Of a stretch of DNA of 64,000 nt, positions 1 to 13,769 are shown in pieces. A model generated the notes under the pieces. It made no database searches, was not told the DNA's origin, and saw only the letters and a list, made by a program, of their open reading frames with translations. Each line of letters starts with the position of its first letter. Positions within the stretch are counted from its first letter, which is position 1. This DNA is from Hormiphora californensis (Eukaryota; Animalia; Ctenophora), in assembly GCA_020137815.1 (NCBI GenBank), contig CM035350.1, positions 372,001-436,000 of the forward strand, in the 5' to 3' direction. The translations under genes were made by a program, and so were the position numbers.

Positions 1-184
1 ATTTGGCTCATGAAACTATCATTAGTGGGATACCACAAGATCAAATTGTTGCCAAGTTAGACTGTTGTTCACCAGTGCATGCCTGCACCTAAATAATCAT
101 GGCCTGGCGGGCGCCCTTACAAAACAACACACGACTCCCTCGAATCTCTTCCCCACCGTCTAGAATATACTGTTGTTCCCTACC

Positions 185-478
185 CTAAACTCCCTATAAT
201 ACTACACTACACTCGACTACACTAAACTCCCTATACTACACTACACTCGACTACACTAAACTCCCTATACTACACTACACTCGACTACACTAAACTCCCT
301 ATACTACACTACACTCGACTACACTAAACTCCCTAATACTACACTACACTCGACTACACTAAACTCCCTATACTACACTACACTCGACTACACTAAACTC
401 CCTAAACTACACTACACTCGACTACACTAAACTCCCTATACTACACTAAACTCGACTACACTAAACTCCCTAATACTA
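185..478. repeat. Minisatellite, ~35-bp unit (actaaactccctatactacactacactcgactac), ~8 copies
   Basis: Tandem unit read directly from the sequence. Confidence 0.95.
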
Positions 479-1185
479 CCACATACTTGTATCATTGGTG
501 GTCGAAGGGATGTATTTGAGCAGCAAAGAAAAAGAGAAGGAGTATCATCAACAAACACACGCTAATGGACAACTGCTTCCTAGATCCACAATATATCTAC
601 CCTCTCCTTCCCCGATACCCTGTTTTTGCAGATCGTATCACATGTTTAAACGGCTCTAATTAGATAACTACAAAAGATAGAAACAATTCCAAAGTTGAAC
701 GGCAAATTTGGACGATTCTCTGTCCACTCAAGAAGTTTCCATAGCCCCAACCCTTCATATAAGGGCTGTGTTCAGGTCCTCCTTTTTGTCACTTTAAAAC
801 GTCTTTTTTGACTGTTTTGGTCATAACTCGTGATTGGATTGTCAGAACATCACCCAAATAGACAGACACTTTGGATATGCATTAGTTAACTTAAAACCGG
901 TTTCAAGATGATCCAAGCACTCTATCCGTGGGCACGACCGCGCACCAATAGTGGTCCTGACTATTATACATTTAGAGAAAACAAATCTGAAAAAGATTTG
1001 TAAAGCAGCTCAGATATCAGGTAATGACTCTCACGCTATTATAGTTCCATCGTACACACGAGAGTGACCTATTCTCGATCAGGTGGCGTGGATTCACTAA
1101 TTTTATTCTAAAGATCACGTGGATTCATTCCTTTTTTTTGTGAAAAGGCGTCTTATCAGTCATGTAGACAATGTATAATTGTTAT

Positions 1186-1960
1186 TTTACCAAAACCAAT
1201 TGAAATTAGTAGGCCGGAAAGGTTGCCTCACGATTTGAGCTACCTTAGGCACCGTAACTTTCACGGGGTATAGACAGGTTACAGATGCTTCGGTTATCTT
1301 CAAAACGGAATGTACCAGTGCCAAAGGTAGCTCAAATCGTAAGGCAACCTTTCCTGCCTACTAATTTCAATTAGTTTTGGTATAATTTGCATCATTTTTG
1401 GGATTTTTTATCCATGTAGATTTAGTAGAATAGGTACAGAGAGGTTAGAGTCGCGAAATTGAGAAATTTTCATTTTTGACGTCATTTTGACGTCATAAAA
1501 CGACGTCACGACGTTGTAACGTCAAAATTATGACGTCATATTATCGGGCCCACCTAGATGAAGATACTGACCAAGTTTGAGATCGATTGGATGAGATTTG
1601 AGTCCGCTATAGCGAAAAAACCCATAGCGTCATATCTGTTTTTAAACAGTCATAATACTTTAGATGCGTTTTAAGACCCTTATACGTCTGGTTTTCAAAA
1701 TTAACTATACAGTTTCTGAAAGTTCAGACAATTCTCTTTCCATGATATAGTCTTCGATTTTCGATTAGAATCCGTCTTCAGGGTGTAAATTGAGCTCAAA
1801 GAATTTTGGTCAGAGTCTGAAAAATGACGACTTTAAGACGTTCTGTAGGACGTTCCTGGCGATGGAAAGGGACCCCACTACAACTAATGCACACACATTC
1901 AGTAGATCTACCAGCTGTGAAAAGATGAAGTCTCTATCTCTTTTCGTTTGGCGTCACATT
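1186..1960. mobile_element. Dispersed non-autonomous repeat with a ~200-bp hairpin at one end
   Basis: Inverted arms at 1186-1250 and 1318-1386. A second copy lies at ~56805-57205, and the internal part recurs inverted at 40880-41560. Confidence 0.7.
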
Positions 1961-2089
1961 CACTTATAAGCGTTTCTCCTACGGCGTCGCGTGTGCATGC
2001 CTGTACACACTGAATTTAGGGCAAATGGGACCTGTCTGTAACTTCGGTTCCAGATGAGATAGAGACTTGAAATTTTGAACTTGAGTAAA

Positions 2090-5000
2090 AGACCCCAAGC
2101 CGGGTATACATTCCAAATTTCAAGCCAAACGGATGAAAGGGAGCCACGCTATAGCGTTCTGAAATCTGGATTTTCAGCCAAACACCCATTAAACGTATAA
2201 CTGCGTTTCTGGCGGCGCTTTTTGAAGGGGGGGGGAATGGCAACCTTTGCGCTTGCCAGCGCAGTGATAGACAATGGTCAATGTATATCTATAGTGCTAA
2301 TTAATTACCTTAATTATTATCCCCCAGGCTAGGATTATCGTGGAAGAGGAGCAGCAGGACAATGAAGCACAACAGCAGGTTTGTACAAATGAGGCACACT
2401 ACGACACTACGACAATTTGTTACCTCGGATACAGTTACAACATTACTTGTTCGTCACGTTGTATTTCGTTTCACTTTTGCTTGTCTCAGACACCAAAAAG
2501 GGCTATTTTCCTCAATAAAATGCAACCCAAATCTGTTTCTAGTTCTCATTTCCATCACACATGACCTCCCAGATACCACTGAACTGTCTTTCGAGCCTGG
2601 CCTGGTCTCATTACTAAATTACAGCTACATTTTTGTCCAATACTAGCTCTTCCTCTCACTAAAATGCAACTTAAATCCGCCTCAAATACCAATATACGAG
2701 AACATATGATCTCTCAGTCACCAGTGAGCAGTCTCCCCGGCAACGCACAGTCCAATAGTTAGTTTAGGGCAGCAATTTTGGCCAAAATCGACCAAAATTT
2801 TGGAATTTTGCATTTAATTAAATTTGGGAAACTTTGTACTTTGCCATCGCGTGTTTGATAAAGGAGCACTAACAAGTCACAGAGCAGAATTCTATTCATT
2901 ACTCGTTCGTCACGTTGTATTTCTCAGACACCAAAAAGGGCTATTTTCCTCAATAAAATGCAACTCAAAGCTGTCTCTAGTTCTCATTTCCATCACACAT
3001 GACCTCCCAGATACCACTGAACTGTCTCTCGAGCCTAGCCTGGTCTCATTACTAAATTACAGCTACATTTTTGTCCAATATTAACCCCCGCCCCACCCCC
3101 ACCCACCCAAAGACCCCAAGCCGGGTATACATTCCAAATTTCAAGCCAAACGGATGAAAGGGAGCCACGCTATAGCGTTCTGAAATCTGGATTTTCAGCC
3201 AAACACCCATTAAACGTATAACTGCGTTTCTGGCGGCGCTTTTTGAAGGGGGGGGGAATGGCAACCTTTGCGCTTGCCAGCGCAGTGATAGACAATGGTC
3301 AATGTTATCTATAGTGCTAATTATTACCTTAATTATTATCCCCCAGGCTAGGATTATCGTGGAAGAGGAGCAGCAGGACAATGAAGCACAACAGCAGGTT
3401 TGTACAAATGAGGCACACTACGACACTACGACAATTTGTTACCTCGGATACAGTTACAACATTACTTGTTCGTCACGTTGTATTTCGTTTCACTTTTGCT
3501 TGTCTCAGACACCAAAAAGGGCTATTTTCCTCAATAAAATGCAACCCAAATCTGTTTCTAGTTCTCATTTCCATCACACATGACCTCCCAGATACCACTG
3601 AACCTGTCTTTCGAGCGCTGGCCTGGTCTCATTACTAAATTACAGCTACATTTTTGTCCATACTAGCTCTTCCTCTCCACTAAAATGCAACTTAAATCCC
3701 CTCAAATCCAATATACGAGAACATATGATCTCTCAGTCACCAGTGAGCAGTCTCCCCGGCAACGCACAGTCCAATAGTAGTTTAGGCAGCAATTTTGGCC
3801 AAATCGACCAAAATTTTGGAATTTTGCATTTAATAATAATTTGGGAAACTTTGTACTTTGCCATCGCGTTTTGATAAAGGAGCACTAACAAGTCACAGAG
3901 CAGATTCTATTCATTACTTCATCGTTCCGTCTACGTTGTATTTCTCAGACACCAAAAGGGCTATTTTCCTCAATAAAATGCAACTCAAAGCTGTCTCTAG
4001 TTCTCATTTCCATCACACATGACCTCCCAGATACCACTGAACTGTCTCTCGAGCCTAGCCTGGTCTCATTACTAAATTACAGCTACATTTTTGTCCAATA
4101 TTAACCCCCGCCCCACCCCCACCCACCCAAAGACCCCAAGCCGGGTATACATTCCAAATTTCAAGCCAACGGATGAAAGGGAGCCACGCTATAGCGTTCT
4201 GAAATCTGGATTTTCAGCCAAACACCCATTAAACGTATAACTGCGTTTCTGGCGGCGCTTTTTGAAGGGGGGGGGGAATGGCAACCTTTGCGCTTGCCAG
4301 CGCAGTGATAGACAATGGTCAATGTATATCTATAGTGCTAATAATTACCTTAATTATTCATCCCCAGGCTAAATTATCGGATTCGTGGAAGAGGAGCAGC
4401 AGGACAATGAAGCACAACAGCAGGTTTGTACAAATGAGGCACACTACGACACTACGACAATTTGTTACCTCGGATCTCAGTTACAACCTTACTTGTTCGT
4501 CACGGTTTGTAGTTTCGTTCACTTTTGCTTTCTCAGACACCAAAAAGGGCTATTTCCTCAATAAAATGCAACCCAAATCTGTTTCTAGTTCTATTTCCTC
4601 ATTCCTAACACAGACCTCCAGATACCACTGAACTGTCTTTCGAGCCTGGCCTGGTCTCATACTAAATTAACAGCTACATTTTTGTCCAATACTAGCTCTT
4701 CTCTCACTAAAATGCACTTAAATCCGCCTCAAATACCAATATACGAGAACATTGATCTCTGAGTCACCAGTGAGCAGTTCTCCCCGGCACGCACAGTCCA
4801 ATAGTTAGTTTAGGGCAGCAATTTTGGCCAAAATCGACCAAAATTTTGGTGGAATTTTTGCATTTAATTAAATTTGGGAAACTTGTACTTTGCCATCGCG
4901 GGTGTTTGAATAAAGAGCACTAACACGTCACAGAGCAGAATTCTATTCTTACTCGTTCGTCACGTTGTATTTCCAGACACCAAAAAGGGTATTTGCCTCA

Positions 5001-5110
5001 ATAAATGCAACGCAACGCTGTCTCCTGTTCTCATTTCTCATCACCCAGACTCCCCGATTACCCACTGAACGTCTCTCGAGCCTCTCCTGTGGTCTCATAC
5101 TAATTTACAG
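2090..5110 (+). repeat. Tandem triplication of a ~1.02-kb unit
   Basis: aagaccccaagccgggtatac recurs at ~2090, ~3110 and ~4130. Later copies carry more indels. An inverted partial copy lies at ~9970-10410. Confidence 0.9.
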
Positions 5111-5275
5111 TGACCGTACGTTGAAATTGCTGCTTACCGGTATGCTTTAATCTGCTCTCTAATTGGGTAAATCTCGTCAAGTGATCACTTCACAAGCAAG
5201 AATACACAGTATTAGAGGCCCCTACAGTATCTTCTCACATGTTTAAACGGCTCTAATTAGATAACTACAAAAGAT

Positions 5276-5307
<32 letters not shown>

Positions 5308-5326
5308 AGTGAGTGAGTGAGAGAGA

Positions 5327-5415
<89 letters not shown>

Positions 5416-5449
5416 GGAGAAAGAGAGATAGAGAGAGAGAGAAACTGAC

Positions 5450-6753
5450 TCTGTGTACCTTGATTATGCTAAGGCGTTTGACCGAGTTGATCATAACATC
5501 TTGATTAGAAAGCTTAGAAGCTATAAGGTACATGAGGGTCTTGTGACATGGATCCAATCTTTCCTGGAAGGAAGAGTGCAGAGAGTCACGGTAGATGGAT
5601 GTCAGTCGGAGCCTGTAGGCTGTACATGTTAAGAGCGGAGTTCCCCAAGGGTCAGTTTTAGGACTGATGCTCTTTTTAATATATCTGAATGATATCACAA
5701 CGGTTGTGTCAGGAAGTACACTGCGGTTGTGTCAGGAAGTACACTGCGGTGCTTTGGAGATGACACACGAATCATGAAGAGTTTAGAGTATTGGAGGAGA
5801 AATGGATATGAAAATACTCCAACGGGACCTGGATTCGGTTACCGAGTGGTCACTGAGAAATAACATGAAACTGCATACTGATAAGTTTGAATTCCTACTA
5901 CATGGCGTTTCACGTGACCATCTCATGCACCATCTCCCTTTTACTGCTGATATCTTGAGCTACAGCACTTCAGCAGGACTGCTGAAACCTATGTCCTCGG
6001 TTAAGGATTTGGGCGTGGTTGTTCATTCTGACCTAACTTGGTCCGGTCACATCGCTACCATCGCCGAAAACGCTAAGAGGAAAGCAGCCTGGGTGTTTAG
6101 TGCGTTCAGGACCAGGGATAGAGGGGTAATGGTAACCCTCTACAAGAGCATGGTAAGAAGCCTGCTGGAATACTGCTGCGGGCTGCCCTCTTTGGAATCC
6201 TACCAAGATCCAGGATATCCAGGTTTTGGAGGGGGTGCAACGCTCCTTCACCAGACGGATCTCTGAGTGCAAGGGGATGGATTACTGGCAGAGACTGCAA
6301 TACCTGGGCCTTAGCTCCCTACAGCGCAGGAGAGAGAGATACTCCATTCTCCACATGCACGGCCTAGTCTCCAATGACCTCAAAATAAGGTTCACAACTG
6401 GAGGTCGACTTGAAGTTCCAGCTGTGGTTCCCAAATTGACCAAACTGTCCACTATGGCCAAACAAACAGCATATGACGGATCCTTTGCTGTTATGGGACC
6501 ACGACTATGGAACTGTTTACCTGCAAAACTTAATCAAATTGACGAGTTCCAGGTATTCAAAGTTCAGCTGTCAAGATACCTGACGTCGTTTTCGGACTGT
6601 CCCCCAGTTACGGGATTATATGTACGAAGCTCCAGGAACTCTATACTAGACATGAGACTGAACGACGGGGAGTTGCAAGCAAGCGATACCCCGGTCGGAG
6701 TGTAAACGGCGGCGAATTAAGAAGAAGTAAGTAACCACTAACCAGAAGTAAGT
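5450..6753 (+). mobile_element. 5'-truncated, frameshifted CR1-group LINE (RT and C-terminal region)
   Basis: Degenerate RT motifs (SGVPQGSVLG), KDLGV, YKSMVRSLLEYC, SLQRRRER and WNCLP; short repeat-like 3' tail. Confidence 0.9.
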
Positions 6754-6761
6754 TTGGCGTA

Positions 6762-7501
6762 GGGTAAACCGGGGCAATTCGAACAACCGGGGCAATTCGA
6801 ACAATGTACTGCCCGTCTCTCACCTAGTTAAGCTATCATAATGACGTCATCCTATCTCCAGAAGAAAACTAATCGTTCGAGCCTGCCCGTTACCACTAAA
6901 TAGGCTCTAGATTCGGTTGGTCAATTTCCGATTTGAAAAACCAGCTGAAACCTAATAATATTAGCTTTCAGATGGTATAAAAATTATTTAAATATTCGCA
7001 TGTTTTCATTACAAATTCTGGTAAATTAAGATTACCGGGGTAATTCGAACCACCGGGGCAATTCGAACCGGGGCAATTTGGTTAGTAAACCGGGCCAATG
7101 ATGTGCAGTTCTTTGTACCACGTGATACCGGGGCAATTAGAACTAGAACGACCAGCGTGTAGATTGCGTGGAGATTACATTGTTCGAACTGCCCCCACCT
7201 CTAACAACACAAGGCGGGAATCTTCTTCTGGTGTTGTGAGGACGTTTACGTGACTCCCACGTGACGAAATAAAGCACTCCTATTGGTGTTGTCCGAATTG
7301 CCCCGGTACCATTTTTTCCGACCAAAATTTTTAAATTAGTTATTTAGTTAAGTAAATGGTTGTCCCTAGAGTTGAAATTTATCTTATTTGAAAGATAAAA
7401 TAATGAACTTTATTTATATATATTTTTTTTCATTGTATCTTTTTTAAATGGGAGTGAGAACCGATCAAGTAAAAAGTTAACCATTTTGCCCCGGTTTAAC
7501 C
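6762..7501. mobile_element. MITE with TA target duplication (Tc1/mariner/pogo-like)
   Basis: TA|gggtaaaccggggcaa ... ttgccccggtttaacc|TA, with internal ccggggcaattcgaac repeats. Confidence 0.85.
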
Positions 7502-7539
7502 TAGATTATAATTAAAATTTTCAAATTATGAAATAATTA

Positions 7540-8260
7540 AAATACCTTTTTTTCTCTTCGCTTCCTCTTCGGTTCCTTAGATGGAACCCAATCCTGAAAT
7601 AATGATATCATGAAGATAGCTGATAAAGACGGGTGGTACCCAAAATAGATAGGACGACATGTCGTCACCATATCTATTTTGGTTAACACCCACCCTATAA
7701 CAGGATCGCAGACCCCAAAACACAGAAAATTAGGTAGGGACAGCCGACTATCAAGACAGCCGACTATCAAGACTACCAGATTGGAGTATTTCATCCTGCA
7801 GTACCTACTTTATCATTTAAATCCTCCCCCTCACTGCTATCATCTGATGTCACAGCAGATTCTTTTTAACCTGCAATAAAACAACTTGTACTTTGGATTT
7901 TATAAACAATAGATAGTGCATAGGAAGTAGAGAATTTAAAGACTCAATCTTGTCCAATTCTGAATCGGTCCACTCTCATTTTAAACACTTTACCAATTTA
8001 CCTTTCTTGACTCGGTAATTTAAACAAGTCGACCAATATTAGTTTCCTAATTGTCCACCATTGTAATAATTTGTGTACGCACGGCGTAACCTGCAATAAA
8101 ACAACTTGTACTTTGGATTTAATAAACAATAGATAGTGCATAGGAAGTAGAGAATCAGACTCAATCTTGTCCAATTCTGAATCGGTCCTCTCTCATTTTA
8201 AACACTTTACCAATTTACCTTTCTTGTTTCGGTATGAATACCCTCTGTGTTGTATATCTT
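7540..8260 (-). pseudogene. Remnant micro-exons of an unidentified gene (duplicated at ~12210-12930)
   Basis: AG/GT-flanked short exons such as DWVPSKEPKRKRREK, plus a duplicated intron-exon unit; stops interrupt the frames. Confidence 0.3.
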
Positions 8261-8296
8261 CTCCAGTTCGTAGAGAGGATCATCTAATATAACTAT

Positions 8297-9622
8297 TAGT
8301 TAGGGGCGGGAACGCCCCGAATGGGAAATTGAACGCAACCAGCCGATTTCTTCACCAATGTGTCCCTAAGGGTCCCCTATAACACCAAAAAGTTCGGTAA
8401 CATGCGGTGTGAGGTGGAACATGGTCATTTCCGGGTTGTCGTGGTACCTGTATTTTCAGCCTGTGGCCAAAAACATAAATCCTCTTAGAATAGGAGTAGC
8501 GAAAAATCCAGGGGCACTAAAGTGATCAGCGTCCTCGCATTAGTGGGGGTAGGTGCCGGAATTAAGTCTCTATCTCATCTGGTTAATTAGATAATTGGAT
8601 AATTAGGTTAGCGCATAACCGTTTATTGGCTATATGGCTATAGCCACTTAGGAAAGGAGTAGAGACAAAACCGAGGGCACTAACATGATCAGCGTCCTCG
8701 AATTAGTGGGGGTAGGTGCTGAAATTAAGTCTCTATCTCATCTGGTTAATTGGATAATTGGATAATTAGGCTTGCGCTTAACCATTTTCTGGCTATATGG
8801 CTATAGCCACTTAGGAATGGTTTAGACACTTTTCACTGGTGCCATTTTGTAGGCAATGGCCAAGTTATGGGGGGTCGACGTCGGACTTTTAAGCTCTATC
8901 TCTAACCGTTTAGCCGTTATTTGGCTTAAAAGGTGCTCAAATATGTCTTCTTACCGTTTTAGCTCATTTTGAGCATCTCTAAAGCTAAATAACGGCTAAA
9001 CGGTTAGAGATAGAGCTTAAAAGTCCGACGTCGACCCCCCATAACTTGGCCATTGCCTACAAAATGGTACCAGTGAAAAGTGTCTAAACCATTCCTAAGT
9101 TGCTATAGCCATATAGCCAGAAAATGGTTAAGCGCAAGCCTAATTATCCAATTATCCAATTAACCAGATGAGATAGAGACTTAATTTCAGCACCTACCCC
9201 CACTAATTCGAGGACGCTGATCATGTTAGTGCCCTCGGTTTTGTCTCTACTCCTTTCCTAAGTGGCTATAGCCATATTGCCAATAAACGGTTATGCGCTA
9301 ACCTAATTATCTAATTATCTATTTAACCAGATGAGATAGAGACTTAATTCCGGCACCTACCCCCACTAATGCGAGGACGCTGATCACTTTAGTGCCCCTG
9401 GATTTTTCGCTACTCCTATTCTAAGAGGATTTATGTTTTTGGCCACAGGCTGAAAATACAGGTACCACGACAACCCGGAAATGACCATGTTCCACCTCAC
9501 ACCGCATGTTACCGAACTTTTTGGTGTTATAGGGGACCCTTAGGGACACATTGGTGAAGAAATCGGCTGGTTGCGTTCAATTTCCCATTCGAGGCCTAAA
9601 ATCTCCTTCCCGCCCCTAACTA
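8297..9622. mobile_element. 1.3-kb fold-back element with TAG...CTA termini and 3-bp TAT target duplication (Academ-like, non-autonomous)
   Basis: Near-perfect ~640-bp inverted arms. tat flanks both ends (8294-8296 and 9623-9625). The empty site is visible in the paralogous copy at 12953-12966. Confidence 0.85.
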
Positions 9623-10566
9623 TATTGGGACGTGCCGTCTCTTCGATCGTCTTACACCCTGGGCCTACGATAGAGAGAGGGGTTTTCAATGAAATATAAT
9701 AATAGGAATCGAATTATGACAATCCCAGTAGGGAAAAAGCACTAGTACATTATTACATTGTAGATAGTTATAGATAAAGTACATGAAGTGTAATCATTTT
9801 CCGAGAAGTGCTATACCTGAGTTTCCTGTGTAGGCGGCCCATCCTGGGTAGCGGTATACTGCTGTATAGCCGGGACACCAGACGGTGAGAGAGCAGCAGG
9901 GAGGTCATCTCCTTCTTCCTCAGATCCATCAGTCAGTAACTTCTCTTCTTGGGGATCATGGGTTGGTGATAGTTCGGGTGTTTTCAATCAAGTGTCGTAG
10001 AGTGCTTCATTTGTACTGTCCTGCTGCTCCACTTCCACAGAGAAGGTAGGACTAGGTAGAATTACCTCCTCCTCGATAATGCTAGCCTGGGGGATAATAA
10101 TTAAGTTAATTAATTAGCACTATAGATATACATTGACCATTGTATATCACTGCGCTGGCAAGCGCAAAGGTTGCCATTCCCCCCTTCACAAAGCGCCGCC
10201 AGAAACGCAGTTATACGTTTAATGGGTGTTTGGCTGAAAATCCAGATTTCAGAAGGCTATAGCGTGGCTCCCTTTCATCCGTTTGGCTTGAAATTTGGAA
10301 TGTATACCCGGCTTGGGGTCTTTGACTCAAGTTCAAAATTTCAAGTCTCTATCTCATCTGGAACCGAAGTTACAGACAGGTCCCATTTGCCCTAAATTCA
10401 GTGTAACAGGTATGCACGCCTGTTTCCATTGTCCATAAATTTCTAAAAATTTCTAAAAATTTCCAAAAATTTCTAAAAATTTCCAATATGAAATTTCCAT
10501 TTGCCAAAAAGTGGGTATCAATGGAAATTTTTAGGGTTGAACCCCCCCCCCCCAATTCCTACTGCA

Positions 10567-11437
10567 TGGCCTTTCACGTGACCATCTCATGCACCATCTC
10601 CCTTTTGCTGCTGATATCTTGAGCTACAGCACTTCAGCAGGACTGCTGAAACCTATGTCCTCGGTTAAGGATTTGGGCGTGCTTGTTCATTCTGACCTAA
10701 CTTGGTCCGGTCACATCGCTACCATCGCCGAAAACGCTAAGAGGAAAGCAGCCTAGGTGTTTAGTGTGTTCAGGACCAGGGATAGAGGGGTTATGGTAAC
10801 CCTCTACAAGAGCATGGTAAGAAGCCTGCTGGAATACTGCTGCCCTCTTTGGAATCCTACCAAGATCCAGGATATAATCCAGGTTTTAGAGGGGGTGCAA
10901 CGCTCCTTCACCAGACGGATCTCTGAGTGCAAGGGGATGGATTACTGGCAGAGACTGCAATACCTGGGCCTTAGCAGCTAAGTTAGCTCCCTGCAGCGCA
11001 GGAGAGAGAGATACTCCATTCTCCACATGTGGAAGATCATGCACGGCCTAGTCTCCAATGACCTCAAAATAAGGTTCACAACTGGAGGTCGACTTGGAGT
11101 TCCAGCTGTGGTTCCCAAATTGACCAAACTGTCCACTATGGCCAAACAAACAGCATATGACGGATCCTTTGCTGTTATGGGACCACGACTATGGAACTGT
11201 TTACCTGCAAAACTTAATCAAATTGACGAGTTCCAGGTATTCAAAGTTCAGCTGTCAAGATACCTGACGTCGTTTTCGGACTGTCCCCCAGTTACGGGAT
11301 TATATGTACGAAGCTCCAGGAACTCTATACTAGACATGAGACTGAACGACGGGGAGTTGCAAGCAAGCGATACCCCGGTCGGAGTGTAAACGGCGGCGAA
11401 TTAAGAAGAAGTAAGTAACCACTAACCAGAAGTAAGT
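10567..11437 (+). mobile_element. CR1-group LINE 3' fragment (second copy)
   Basis: ORFs 10757-10981 and 11027-11389 are nearly identical to 6033-6705. Confidence 0.9.
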
Positions 11438-11445
11438 TTGGCGTA

Positions 11446-12174
11446 GGGTAAACCGGGGCAATTCGAACAACCGGGGCAATTCGAACAATGTACTGCCCGT
11501 CTCTCACCTAGTTAAGCTATCATAATGACGTCATCCTATCTCCAGAAGAAAACTAATCGTTCGAGCCTGCCCGTTACCACTAAATAGGCTCTAGATTCGG
11601 TTGGTCAATTTCCGATTTGAAAAACCAGCTGAAACCTAATAATATTAGCTTTCAGATGGTATAAAAATTATTTAAATATTCGCATGTTTTCATTACAAAT
11701 TCTGGTAAATTAAGATTACCGGGGTAATTCGAACCACCGGGGCAATTCGAACCGGGGCAATTTGGTTAGTGAACCGGGCCAATGATGTGCAGTTCTTTGT
11801 ACCACGTGATACCGGGGCAATTAGAACTAGAACGACCAGCGTGTAGATTACATTGTTCGAACTGCCCCCACCTCTAACAACACAAGGCGGGAATCTTCTT
11901 CTGGTGTTGTGAGGACGTTTACGTGACTCCCACGTGACGAAATAAAGCACTCCTATTGGTGTTGTCCGAATTGCCCCGGTACCATTTTTTCCGACCAATA
12001 TTTTTAAATTAGTTATTTAGTTAAGTAAATGGTTGTCCCTAGAGTTGAAATTTATCTTATTTGAAAGATAAAATAATGAACTTTATTTATATATATTTTT
12101 TTTCATTGTATCTTTTTTAAATTGGAGTGAGAACTGATTAAGTAAAAAGTTAACCATTTTGCCCCGGTTTACCC
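11446..12174. mobile_element. TA-flanked MITE (second copy)
   Basis: TA|gggtaaaccggggcaa ... ttgccccggtttaccc|TA. Confidence 0.9.
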
Positions 12175-13285
12175 TAGATTATAATTAAAATTTTCAAATT
12201 ATGAAATAATTAAAATACCTTTTCTCTTCGCTTCCTCTTCGGTTCCTTAGATGGAACCCAATCCTGAAATAATGATATCATGAAGATAGCTGATAAAGAC
12301 GGGTGGTACCCAAAATAGATAGGACGACATGTCGTCACCATATCTATTTTGGTTAACACCCACCCTACAGGATCGCAGACCCCAAAACACAGAAAATTAG
12401 GTAGGGACAGCCGACTATCAAGACAGCCGACTATCAAGACTACCAGATTGGAGTATTTCATCCTGCAGTACCTACTTTATCATTTAAATCCTCCCCCTCA
12501 CTGCTATCATCTGATGTCACAGCAGATTCTTTTTAACCTGCAATAAAACAACTTGTACTTTGGATTTTATAAACAATAGATATTGCATAGGAAGTAGAGA
12601 ATTTAAAGACTCAATCTTGTCCAATTCTGAATCGGTCCACTCTCATTTTAAACATTTTACCAATTTACCTTTCTTGACTCGGTAATTTAAACAAGTCGAC
12701 CAATATTAGTTTCCTAATTGTCCACCATTGTAATAATTTGTGTACGCACGGCGTAACCTGCAATAAAACAACTTGTACTTTGGATTTTATAAACAATAGA
12801 TAGTGCGTAGGAAGTAGAGAATTTAAAGACTCAATCTTGTCCAATTCTGAATCGGTCCACTCTCATTTTAAACACTTTACCAATTTACCTTTCTTGTTTC
12901 GGTAAGAATACCCTCTGTGTATATCTTCTCCAGCACGTAAAGAGGATTATCTATAACTATTGGGACGTGCCGTCTCTTTGATCGTCTTACACCCTGGGCC
13001 TACGATAGAGAGAGGGGTTTTCAATGAAATAATAGGAATCGAATTATGACAATCCCAGTAGGGAAAAAGCACTAGTACATTATTACATTGTAGATAGTTA
13101 TAGATAAAGTACATGAAGTGTAATCATTTTCCGAGAAGTGCTATACCTGAGTTTCCTGTGTAGGCGGCACATCCTGGGTAGCGGTATACTGCTGTATAGC
13201 CGGGACACCAGACGGTGAGAGAGCAGCAGGGAGGTCATCTCCTTCTTCCTCAGATCCATCAGTCAGTAACTTCTCTTCTTGGGGA

Positions 13286-13626
13286 TCATGGGTTGGTGAT
13301 ACTGCCCTCCTCCGTGGACACCTCCCTTCTTACGTCCCTTGGCCTTCTCCGCCTCCACAACCTGGTACAAGACGTGCTGAAGGCAGACCAGATGCAGCTG
13401 CATTTAAAGGAACTGCAGCCCGCCTTGTAGCAGGCTGAGAGGCAGCAGAGCACAACAAAGCCAATAATAATACAAATAAAAAACATAATAATAAAACTCC
13501 CGTACTCTGCAAATTGTTTCTTCACCCACGCTACAACTGCCCCCTCATCCTTCTCTAACTCCTCCTCCAACAATCCCTCTGGTCCCTCCTCCTTCTCCTC
13601 TTTCTTCTCTTTCTTCACCACTCTGC
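13286..13626 (-). CDS. Probable terminal exon of a single-pass membrane protein (acidic stalk, TM helix, Cys-rich juxtamembrane region, basic tail)
   Basis: Acceptor ttacag at 13627-13628; hydrophobic stretch FIIMFFICIIIGFVVLCCL followed by a Cys cluster and RRRRPR. Confidence 0.55.
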
Positions 13627-13769
13627 CTGTAATTGAAGGATGCATCATAATATGTTGTTTATAAGTTATGAAGCGCTACGAAGCGCTTCGTAGCGCTTCA
13701 TAACTTATAAAAGACATATTATGATGCATCCTTCAATTACAGGCAGAGTGGTGAAGAAAGAGAAGAAAG
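13600..13769. repeat. 170-bp near-perfect palindrome without spacer
   Basis: Symmetry axis at 13684/13685 (gaagc|gcttc). Confidence 0.95.

Larger units (their letters stand above)
10567..13300 (+). repeat. Segmental duplication of ~5900-9970 (lacking the fold-back insertion)
   Basis: Near-identical LINE fragment, MITE and flanks in the same order. Confidence 0.95.

Noticed and set aside
5243-5698. SL/ER-repeat ORFs here and at 23141-23980, 26008-27222 and 42735-43037
   Set aside because: Translations of GA microsatellites and palindromic MITEs.
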